From Eledone cirrhosa (lineage: Eukaryota): a stretch of 64,000 bases of DNA. Both the position numbers and the translations under genes were made by a program. The DNA is taken from the NCBI GenBank assembly GCA_964016885.1, contig OZ024742.1, positions 177,072,001 to 177,136,000 on the forward strand. The letters run 5' to 3'. Of the stretch, positions 52,748 to 64,000 are shown piece after piece. How positions within the stretch are numbered: the stretch's first letter is position 1; each line of letters opens with the position of its first letter. Under the pieces are notes generated by a model. It searched no databases. It was not told the origin of the DNA and worked only from the letters and a program-made list of their open reading frames with translations.

Positions 52748-54124
52748 TACATGGAACTCTTTTAACCATCTGTTGATCTTATTCCTATATATATATATAT
52801 ATATATAGGAATAAGAATTTGAACATGAAATTTTAGTCTCTAAGAAGAATTACTTACAACGAGTTATAACTTTACTGGTTTCACTAGTTTCGTGATTTTC
52901 AAATGTTAAGTGAAATGAACAGATATGCCGCCACGTAACTTGCATCAAACTAATGTTCGAAAGTTCTTCCTGTTTTATGTAAAAAAATGTGCTTGAGATT
53001 GCTATATGTTGGAAGTACAATTTAATAGGTTGAGGAATTCGTGTGTTCAAGGGAAGTTGGAAGTGCCTTTGCTGCAATGGTAAACGTTTTTAAAAATACA
53101 GGGATTTTGCTTATGTATATCAGCGTATGTGTGTTATTTTTATTCGAATCAGATGCCAAAAAAGCTTTGTTGCACCCTGTGTCAAACTGAATATCTTTGA
53201 GACATATGGTACACGGGTCTATAGAATTATCAACGATTGCACATTTATCCATACGACCAAATTGTTTGTTTGATCAAGCAGCATGTTCGAAACCGGCGGA
53301 AGTCCCTCTCGTATTAAAATGTATTTAGCACTGGCTTCCCGTAAGGACATAGACATACAACCTGCATTTACGAATCAGCAGAAGTTGGCCAATTGTGTCA
53401 TTCCGATTAACAATATGCCTTCATTAATATAATTTCACATTGTTACAGTTGAAAACACGAAACCAATTTGAAAATAACTTTTATTCCCGGTTGTTAAATT
53501 CAGTCAATTGCACAGTATGTTAATGTAAAACTATGTATATTTCAGCTGTTACAACCAAAGGAGAGATAGCGCATTGGAAGAATTTTGAAATATTGTTAAA
53601 TAAATGTAGAAACCATAATGGTCAGTCAATTAAAAACACCTTACATTGAATCAAGTGTGTTCGTCAGTGTTAAAGGTTGCGAAAATTCGATTGTCAGAAT
53701 TAACAATTTGAAATTGGTATCTGTCAAATAATTCTCATTCCTTTCATTGAACGTCTTGTAATATTTAACAATTTATCTGGAGGGTTTAAAATATGATAAA
53801 TACCAACGAATGTAATGTCAAATCAATTTTCAACATATATTTACTTACGGCAAAATATTACGGCATATTTCATGTAAATTGAGGGTGTTGATGTAATGAA
53901 ACCTATTTTAATGACAATTTGATGCGTGTTTCAGAAATTCTTAGAAAATGTTTTCCCTACGTCTCTCAGCAATATTCTAATTTTGCAACTCGATATTTCA
54001 ATGAACATTGTCAAGGAACGTCGGCTAACTTGCCTTGTAACACTCTTCATACCAGAAATGTAATACATATCCTGATGCCATAGCACTCAGTTTAATGGTA
54101 GATATGATGTATTCTAATGGACGC

Positions 54125-54235
54125 AGACATATTTGGGTGGTTAAGAATTTAGCATTGCCATCATGAAGTCCCGAGTTCGATCCTATTATGTAGAATCTTG
54201 GGCATGTATCTTTACCTCAGCCTCGATTTGACAGA
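54125..54235 (+). mobile_element. Degenerate tRNA-derived SINE head
   Basis: 'gtggttaag...gagttcgatcc' A/B-box-like motifs. Confidence 0.4.
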
Positions 54236-55374
54236 ATACATATGTGTGAAATTGAAATTGGGGAGAAGTTAGAAGGAAAAGGTGAAGCCTGTTGGATTGA
54301 GTGTACCTATAAATCGAATGTCCAACAGCAACATTTTTTTTCATTAAAAATGAGACTCCTTTGCAGTATTCCCATTTTAAGCAGTAATTCTTAATTAATA
54401 ATTTTTGTATTTTTAAACCTCTTATATATTATTGCTAAAGTGTACCAATACCTTATGATATCCAGTATATAACTCAGACAAGATACAATATCAATACAAT
54501 ATTCTTTAATGAAAGGCTTTGACTTGTTGCTCTGTGTACATACTGGTAGGCAGAAAACACAGAGAGAGAGAGAGAGTGAGAGAGGGAGAGATTTGTATAG
54601 ATTGCCATATTAAAACAGCAGCAGCAATAAATACATGCGTTGTTTTCATGACATAATGTGTATTTCGAGGAAAATGATAACTGAAACTAGAAAAACAGTG
54701 GCAAAGCAAAAAAACTGAAATTCTGCAAACAATTTAATTTCGTAATGAATTTTAAAAAAGTAAAAGTACATATCACATACATATTTTCATAGGTATATGT
54801 TCAGAGATCAATAGAAATAACTCTCTAAAATGCATATATTCAAATAGAAACTAACGTCGCAGACTTTTATCTAATATGAGAAGAAAATAAAATGTATTTC
54901 CTAAGTGAATCTTTAGACATCTTAGCTGATTAAATCAGCCAAACATTCACTTGGACATTGCTAATGTTGAAACTTGTTTATATGCTTTCAAATAACCTTC
55001 AGCACCTATATAGAATATTTGACATATCAGCTCTTTTAAATATTTTACGAACATCACCATACAATTGTGTTATATGTAAAAGAAAATAAATTATAATCTT
55101 CAGAAATCGTCGATATATGTTCTATTTCGTAGTATATATAGGTAGGGAATTATCAGAGTCTCTAATACGTCGGGTTAAAAATGTATCTGTATTTGTTCCG
55201 GCTGACAGGGTTCTGATTTCAAATGCCTTCGAGTTCAACGTTACCTTTACACATTTGAGGGTCGATTAATCACGTATCAATCCAGTACTGGAGCCGATTT
55301 TTCTCTCTGTCAAGCTCGCTAATTTTGATTTGTTTATGAATCTTTTTTTAATTGCCGAGAGAATATGATCATGA

Positions 55375-55773
55375 AAACAAACGGTTGAAATAGAGTTCTT
55401 ACGATGGGTCATTGGAGTAACGTTACTCGATAGAGTGCGTAGCTAGGAGATAAGGGAGTCCCACCAAGTAGAATCGCTACAGCTCCAATATTACGGATAT
55501 GTCTGCGGAAAGAATCGCTGGACAACGGTTAATATACCAACCAACAATACCAACCAGCAATAGATCAGGAGAAAAATGGTTGTATAGCTGGTCTCGCTTG
55601 GGGATCCAACCGGATCAATTGAAAATAGATGCTTCAGACAGCGCCCACCGTAATGTGTATTTGAAGATACTACCCCCGTGACACTCCCATGAAGAAGAAG
55701 AAGAAGAAGAAGAAGAAGAAGAAGAAGAAGAAGAAGAAGAAGAAGAAGAAGAAGAAGAAGAAGAAGAAGAAGA
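55375..55773 (+). mobile_element. Decayed RTE-type LINE 3' end with (GAA)n tail
   Basis: VEIEFLRWVIGVTLLDRVRS*EIRES is a typical post-RT motif; GAA run at 55691-55773. Confidence 0.6.
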
Positions 55774-57010
55774 ATGAAAATTTACGAGAATTAAAAGAGA
55801 CCAATGTGGTCAGTTGAACGTTTCCTTATTATTGAATTTTTCAAAAGTAAACCTTTCACATTTACATTTCAAGTAAGTTATAGTGATCTACGTTTTCCTT
55901 TATGAATCAAGGCATTACCACAAACTATGTCACCATTCAATATCATATGGTTATACCTCTCTACTCTTCTATCACTTTCACATAGGTGCCAACACAAACA
56001 CACACACACATACAAGTGCGCATAAATATAAATATAAATGTTCGTATATATTTGTAAAGGCCAATATGAAAGCCTATATATTATGTCTATATATAATAAA
56101 CACACATATAATTTTCTATGGTATATTAAGCCATGATCATAGCCATGTCACAGAAATCTCAGTGGTTATCTAAGAAGATCAGACACCAGTGTTTCAAGAA
56201 TGTTATCCATATCTCGTAACATTTACTCATTCGGTACTAAGTTTAGGATGAGCTCTCGTTTATATATATTTACAAACGAGACATTTGCTGGTGATGGTCA
56301 TTTACATACAATGCCGGTTTCCCAAGCTAATATTAATTAGCAGTAACACTAAAATAGCGTAATTCATAATATAAGCGTACATGAAAATAAATACAATATT
56401 TATATGTACAATAAACTTACAGAAGTCATTGTATGGAAACTTAAGTTGTAATCAAGTAACCATGAGATCGACAGACCCTAGTGTTGGGAGATTCATATTC
56501 ATCTTCAGTGACGTTATACATACAGAGAGAGAGGGGGGAGGGGGAGATATAGTGAGATAGAGAGGGGGAGAGATAGCGAGATGGAGAGGGAGGGAGATAG
56601 CGAGCGAGAGAGAGAGAAAAATAGAGAAAGAGAGGAGGGTGCATACGATGCACCCCCACAAATGTACCTGATTCTCCACAAATAGAACTGAATTAAAGTA
56701 GTACGGGATACCCAGTACAGAGATTTCATTAAACGACCGAATGTCTCTAAAGGTAGTCCAACGACATATGCCAATAAATACGGTGCATACAAACACACAT
56801 TTTTTCCAATTAACATACGGTGTTAAAACGTTCATCAAGAGAAACGACAAATCTCTAGGGCATCGATAAAAGTAAAGTTAAATCTAATAAAGATAAAGAC
56901 CAGCGTGCTCGAAATCTTAATGGCCAGTTTTCACGCAAGTCAATAGATAGAGATCTGAAATAACAATGGCATTTACGTTTTCACAACTCCCCATTGTCTC
57001 TTTTTCTGTC

Positions 57011-57057
<47 letters not shown>

Positions 57058-58357
57058 AAAATATGTAGATATATATATGTGTGTGTGTGTGTGCATCTGT
57101 GTATATATATATATATATAATAAAATTCATGACGTTTGAATGATAATTCTCCACCTGAAAGTCAGAAGATTATTTGAATGTTTTTTTTCAATAGTCATTA
57201 ATTTATAATAATGACGTTTTTTGTTGTTGCTTTTTTAATTCTCTCGTGATGTCGTCATATTACTCTCCTAAAATACATTGAGATAGATATTGGTGAGGTG
57301 GCAGAATACGGGAATAATTGCCTTTGTAGTATATATTTTTGTTTTTCAACTGTCAATGTCAATGACCGTGTCAGTTTCACATGTAATGCAGTCCCTATAT
57401 GATCATTATAAGTTATATGCGATAATGAATTTCCACTGGGACAAAGCTCGTGATACTAAGAAATACGTAGTTATCATAATGGTTTGCTTATTTTAAATAT
57501 ACTTTTAATGTATGAAATCTAAAAGAAGTAGCTAATATTATTTTTACATCATAACTCGTAAATCGAAATACAAAAATCTAGTGAACATTTTATGTTGTAT
57601 TTTTGAAGTATCGTAGCCTACTGTAACTACCTCAACGCAAATCTAGCTATAAAATAATTGAATTTGGGCAGTACTACCCATTGTTCTTCTTTTTTAACGG
57701 TAATTCCTGGTAGAGGCACCGCCGTGAAAATCAGTGTTTCGCAGGCCCCTTTTTAAAACTTGCCGAAGCCAATCCAGGTCTGAACACGGCGGGTTTCTTC
57801 CAGAGTAAGAGAGGGAATTATAGAGACGAGGTGAGAAAGATATAAAGGAGGAATTAACGCCAGTACTAGATTGTTATTTTTTCAAACTCAAAAGGTAGAG
57901 TTGACATCGGTGGGATGTGAACTGAGTGCAGAGTCGGAAGGAATATGGTCAAGCATTCTAATCAACGTTTAAATGACTCTCCCAATTCTCCTTCAGATAG
58001 AGACCCCTTCAGAAGGAGAAAATGAACAGATATACCTACGGATATTGAACTCGCATCTGTTGTAAGCCGGACTGCTGTATACCATTACCGTTGATGAGAA
58101 TTCGTTTTACGGTAGCGACTTCTTTCCCATTTGTCTGTCTACAACTAGTTTCTAGTTAAACATGTCTTATAGCCGCTTACGGTAAGGTAAAATAATGTTA
58201 CAGTTTAAATTTGGTCAGAACTTTGTAAACTATAATTTTGTTTACTTCATAGTGTTGTTAGAGACAATATATATGGGTTTCCTATCATCAGTGTCTTCAG
58301 TTTCAGTAATTTATTATATTCCCTCTTGCTGTAATGCACACACACACACACACTCTA

Positions 58358-58390
<33 letters not shown>

Positions 58391-60734
58391 CTATCTCATT
58401 ATGCCAATCACACACTGATAATGTGCATTTATAGCGATAACGTTTAACATATATGGACGTATTCAACTCCGGTTCGTTGTCATTTGTCGAATCGCCCAAG
58501 TAACCTTATATAGCTGAAAACTGTATACTATTCTGATTAGTCGATGTTCTTCAATTGGTTGTCTTCACTTTAGTTCATCGAACGTTGCGAGTTCAAATTT
58601 CGCGTCCTTAGCCTTCTATTACCTCCCAGCTGCTAACACCAGTCAAACATATTATGGCATTTGGTCGAACTGTAGATAAGTGATATGAGCTAATGAAAAT
58701 TGTATTGGCTTTTCAGTTACCTTTGGTGAGATACACACAGCCAATTAAATTATTAAATATGAAGGTATCAGTCTATCAAATGTATGAATTTCTATTTTCA
58801 GAAAGTGTACTTAACCTGAGGTTTTAAGCCTCCTAATCTTTAGATTGACTTATTCTTCTGATAAATATAGAATATAGAAACGTATCCATTATATTATAGT
58901 AAGAAAATTAAATCCCTCAATATTATGTATGTATTTCGTTTTGTATATACCCTGTAATTAATATTCATACTTTATTCGAAATGTTCATAGGAAAAGAGTA
59001 AAGCTACAAAATAAAAAACACGGAATTATGCACATTTATGTCTCTCTATATTGTACTTCTCCAAACGATTAGTCAAAAGACGGCATAGAAAAATATTCAT
59101 AATATTAATTGAAGTCGGGCTTCCATAAATCCTTATTATAATGTTTAATCTGATAATTAAGACCCATTGCTATATTAACTGGATGTAAACTGTATTAAAT
59201 GTTAATGATAGTTTGTTCTGAGGAATACTTAAAAGATCACATTTTAATAACCTGCCGTTGAATAAATCCTTGTATTAATTGTCACATGACACAGCTTGTG
59301 GAAGAATTGCATTTAATTCCTAATATCAAATGCAATTTCATTCTCGCTGTTTCTTCTTTTGTAATTAAAGAAAGACAATTGATGGGCTGCACAATCCTAT
59401 TAGGTTACCTCATCCTTCATACACACACACATACACAGACACACACACACACGCGCGCGCACGCACACACACACACACACAGACAGACATACACACACAT
59501 ACACACACACACACACACAATACTGCAGTTTTTTTCATTAAGAGTCGTTTTTTTTCATTTTACTACAATCGGTATTTACTGAATAGTATTCATCCCCTTC
59601 TCTGGCGCAATTATTGCAGTTGAAATGAATAAAGCAGCTCTGAAAATGGAGTTGTCGTATTGCCTCACGATGTACAATACTATACCTCTGTCCAAAAGTT
59701 GTCCAATTCCAGTGGCTTTATTGCTCAGTAAAAATATTTCTATTCAAAAGCAATACTTCCCATTCATTCATGAAAAACAGACATGAACTAATTCAAATTG
59801 AAACCTAATTTTATTACCTGTAATGAATCGTTTCTATTGTGAATTGTGAATGAATTTCATTTGGTTGTTACTACTGCCAATGGTTTCAATACGAACGAAG
59901 CCAAAATTATATTTCCCTTGGCTCACATAATATCCAAATGGCTTCCTATTTATAATGTAAATATAGAATAATAATTTCATGTTTTAAGAAACACCTTTAT
60001 TCTGAAGAACAGGAAACAGGAACTTCTAATTGCTCTCCTTTTCACCATGACATGAGAACAGCTTTGGGTCAAACCACGTGTACTTTAACAAGATGTTTGA
60101 TCCATCGAAATAAGTCTATTTCATACAAATATTTTTTTCCACGTCTCGAGTTGCAGGTGCACCAATTTTCCACTATAAATATATAGGGTGGCCAAGTGGA
60201 AGATTATTGAGAACGCCAGATATATAGCTTCACACTTTTTGGTCTGGCTCTCTGCGCTCTGAGTTCAAATCCGAAGTCAACATTGATCTATATGTTTCCA
60301 ATGTTGATACAATAAATATCTAGTCAAGTTAGACATAATCGACTTTTCATTCCATTGTGCTACCATGTAGAAACCAAAAACATGTAACCCAGAATGTAAA
60401 TTCTCTGCAAATAGACCTAATCAACATGGCACCAGAGAAATAATAATCCATTTATGATGGAATAGCAATGTTCATGAATACACTACTAGAATCTATTTTG
60501 AAGACACTGCTCTAGCATGGTCTTCTCATGTTCTAAGGAACAACATAACTAAAGAACATATGATTCTCTGAAGTTCCGCCTTTATATAAAAGGTATTTGG
60601 GAAATAAGTGAAAATGTGACATATGGAAAACGAAAGTGGGATCAGCAATTTATTACTATCATCTGCTCCATGAAAAGCAGCACCGCTCGTTTCGAAAATG
60701 ACTGTTTAAATTTTTCGATCAATGGAATAACTTA

Positions 60735-61005
60735 CTTATGAAATTAGCATATAAATGTCTGAACATTATAGAGACACGTGATTCCTGAATGGAATTTCAT
60801 GGATATTCAGCATGATAATATCGATGTTTGGAATTATAGATACAATCCATCCGACGAATTCCCAAACTGTTTATGTCTACCTATTTTCACTCACAATGCA
60901 TGGATTGATCCATGCATACGATAAGTGACAAATACCAGAGACACCAAGCAGAGGGATCGAACCCGGGGCCTAACGATTGAGAAGCAAAGAGTTTAGCCAT
61001 TCTAC
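60735..61005 (-). mobile_element. tRNA-derived SINE (family C), degenerate
   Basis: Minus strand 'tggctaaac...cgggttcgatccc' A/B boxes. Confidence 0.5.
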
Positions 61006-61985
61006 AATCCTCTGTAACATAGGACGTGTTCTAATGACCAATAGTAGAAGAAAGGGAGGAATAAAGATCTATAGTATATATCGTGGGAATTGTCAGTAGA
61101 AATCATTCATAAAATAGTACCGACGTTTGTAAAACGGATAAAAGAAAAATAATAAATGCCAAAGGGCGAAAGACAGAACGTGTTAAGTTGTCAAAAGTAA
61201 ATTTTGGCATTGATGTTATGTCTAAAATTGAATTAGATGTTTCTGCTCTGAACTGAGGAGCTAAATATATTACAAAATAGTTATATAAATTCTGTCAAAA
61301 CCTAAAAAGGATTCTTTTTTTTTGTTCTTTTTTTTTTATTTTTTGGCTTGGCTGAATATCAATGAATATGAAATATAAATATAGTGTATAATCTAACCCT
61401 TCATATTTCAAACCTGAAACAATTTTACAAGGTTTCCTAGAAACTGTCAGACATGACAAATTGACTAAACTCAATTAGACCATTACTTAGCTAGCTAATG
61501 ATTACAATCGAACTATATTATCTCACACGATGATAAGATAAGACAAATACTTGAAATCAGTAAAAAAGAATAACTTTGTGCAGGACAGTCAATAGAAATT
61601 TTGGAAATTCTCCAATTTACATAAAACTCACCCGGTAAGTAAAATAATTCTATTGATGAATCCGAAATAGATTTTATTCTGAAAGAAAGAAAAAAAATGA
61701 ACAGTCTTACTTTACACAGAAACTGTTCATGAACATTACAAGTTAATCAACATTTGATTTAATAAGTTCCTCATCGTGGAGAGTTATCTCCCTAAAGATT
61801 CAGATTCTTTTATTGTTATTTTTTGCTTTATTTTTTCCACTTTGGAAGCTTTTCTAGTTTCTTTAGGAATAACGAACAAGATCTCAGAGAATTTGTCTAG
61901 ACGTTCCAATAAAGGTTAAGTAATGCTTTCTCCCCACTCTCTCTCTCTCACACACACACACACACAGATAGATAGATAGAGAGCG

Positions 61986-62059
<74 letters not shown>

Positions 62060-62127
62060 GATAATATTAAGAAAATAGATAGGAATAAAAAATATCGTTC
62101 AGCAAAAAACGATTATCGGCAATATAT

Positions 62128-62320
62128 AATAATAATAATTGTTTCTATTTTTGGCACAAGGCCACCAATTATCGCAGTATATTACTGGTACTTTATTTTA
62201 TTTGACCTCGTAAGGATGAAAAGCAAAGCTAACCTCGGCGGGATTTGAACTCTGACCGTAAAGGGCCGTAACTCTATGCTGCAAAGCATGACGTCCAACC
62301 CTCTACTGATACTGCCAATC
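62128..62320 (-). mobile_element. SINE family A, near full length, adjacent to (TAG)n at 62334-62399
   Basis: Minus strand 'tggcagtatcagtagag...gagttcaaatcccgccgagg' with (TTA)n end. Older copies at 57865-57960, 63140-63270 and 63300-63450. Confidence 0.8.
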
Positions 62321-62336
62321 AATAATAATAAGAGTA

Positions 62337-62399
<63 letters not shown>

Positions 62400-64000
62400 A
62401 TAATTTAGGCCCAAAACCAGCAAATTTGCGGTAAGTGCAACATTGATTAAATCGACCTTCGTACATACCAAGTACATTCTTTTTCTAGAAGAAAAACCTC
62501 TATATTCAACTCATTCAACTGCAACCAACATATGACTATCTTCGCCACAGATTCCACATGCTCATTATTTTCAGAAGAAGGCGTTGTTTCGATTTCTACA
62601 AGAGGATCGGCTAACAACAGAAGCCGTCTTGCATTGGATACAAGTTGTATCGGCATCAGTACAGAAATCAGCTACCCACAAACCCTGGATGATTGTGTGC
62701 CAGACGATTTCATCATATTGCGCGGATGTCGGAAGGGTTCAGCTACTGATAACTCCAGAACGGTCGTGCGTGTAAAGTTTATCTTGAACGAAGTCAGTAC
62801 TAGACCAGGGAGTTTTGGAAATCATCCATAATATCCGACAGGAAAGACTTCCAGAAAATACTACTAAGATTGCCTTGGCCGATACCTGAATCGCTGTGAG
62901 GCTATCAACATTCATGCCTTCATGTAATTCTCTAAAAATGCGGATATTTTCTTCTCGGCGACTATATGGTTCATCTCATAAAGAACAGTGAGTTAACCTG
63001 CCAAATGCCCTTCGATATGGTTTGCTTGATTATGCAGCACAGAAAAAGAGATAAACTGCTAAAAAGTGTGTCAAACGACGAATGTAGACAACACCTCTTC
63101 ACCATTGTCATTATCCCTATCAAACTGAACCAAGTGCGTTAGTGGTACTTTATTTTATCCAGCTTGTGAGGATGTAAGGCAAATCTAAACTCGACGAGAT
63201 TTGAACACAGGACAAAAAGGACCGAAACTATATGGCCCAAAGCATATTGTCCAACGTTCTATGATACTGCAAGCCGCCGCCCTTAATAATGGATTCTGGT
63301 TTAGTTACAAGACCAGCAAATCGTTACTGGGGATTTACTTTATCGACCCTGTAGTGTTGAAAGTCAAAGCTAACATCGGTGGGATTTGAACTCAGAAACT
63401 AATGTAACTATATGCCGCAAAAGGTTTTGTCTGACGCTCTACTGGCATAGCCAACCTCGACCGCTCATAATAATAATAATAATAGTTTCCAATTGAGTTG
63501 CATCAATAGCAACGTTTTTATGGGTGCAACAAGTTGATTAAATTGACGCGAGAACATACCGACCCTGGTACGATGGAAGGTAAATTATGTGTGTACATAA
63601 TAAATTATGCATCGAAATATTTCGCCACCTGAACGAGACAAAATATATTCTTGTAGAGAAAATGATGTATCACTGTCTGCATAAGTTATGGTGGGTGAAG
63701 AAGACTCCAATTAACCAAGACTATCCCCACAATTTTAGAGCTAAACCTCTTTTAAGTGAGTTTAGTTAATGAAAAAAACTCCCAAGGGAGAGAACTTCTA
63801 TCACCTTGGTTGATTAAGTCTTCTTCAACAAGTATATACTATGAAGAAGCAGTGGATATTCAACTAGGTGAAAACAAATGACATGCTTCTGCCTTATTAG
63901 ATCTCGCCAGCGAAGCTTATTTACATAGACAGCTGGTTAGATTAGACAGCCATATATAGATTTAGTGAAGGAGAAGTAGTGCACATAATATGAACACTTT

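Larger units (their letters stand above)
50654..52782. mobile_element. PLE palindrome 6 (older relative of palindrome 3): arms about 50836-51528 and 51966-52782, tail on left arm, two nested SINEs
   Basis: Termini and tail ('tgtaggaggtgag') match palindrome 3. GIY-YIG remnant at 51605-51845. (TA)n on both flanks. Confidence 0.85.

Noticed and set aside
52850-53400. Possible host exon (Cys-containing minus-strand ORFs)
   Set aside because: Short, stop-bounded, no recognisable domain and no clear splice pattern. BLASTX would be needed.
47800-62320. Genuine tRNA genes
   Set aside because: The A/B-box motifs run into SINE bodies and do not form full cloverleaves.
62447-62950. Higher-complexity segment with overlapping 63-99 aa ORFs
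   Set aside because: No family motif recognised; I cannot distinguish an exon from a decayed transposon.

Overview
AT-rich, microsatellite-dense animal DNA with no recognisable host gene. The repeat content suggests a mollusc, probably an octopus-like cephalopod; this is inference. The window is almost entirely retroelements and simple repeats: four R4/Dong-type RLE LINE pieces, two of them ending in (TAA)n; RTE and Tx1-like LINE fragments; tRNA-derived SINEs; and many Penelope-like elements (PLEs; RT + GIY-YIG). The main signal is eight separate head-to-head inverted duplications, 0.23-6.4 kb long and from about six families. Five carry PLE coding sequence, one is a miniature of one of those five, and two are assigned to PLEs by architecture only. 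Each has both 3' ends facing outward into (TA)n tracts. Nearly every arm carries a type-I hammerhead ribozyme (HHR) motif, usually with a palindromic stem III. In every case only one arm keeps a 60-170 nt 3' tail, and the other arm stops at an internal TA-rich site that is fixed within the two families seen twice. This suggests a two-template, two-ended integration mechanism. Coordinates and alignments were read by eye and may be off by a few nt.
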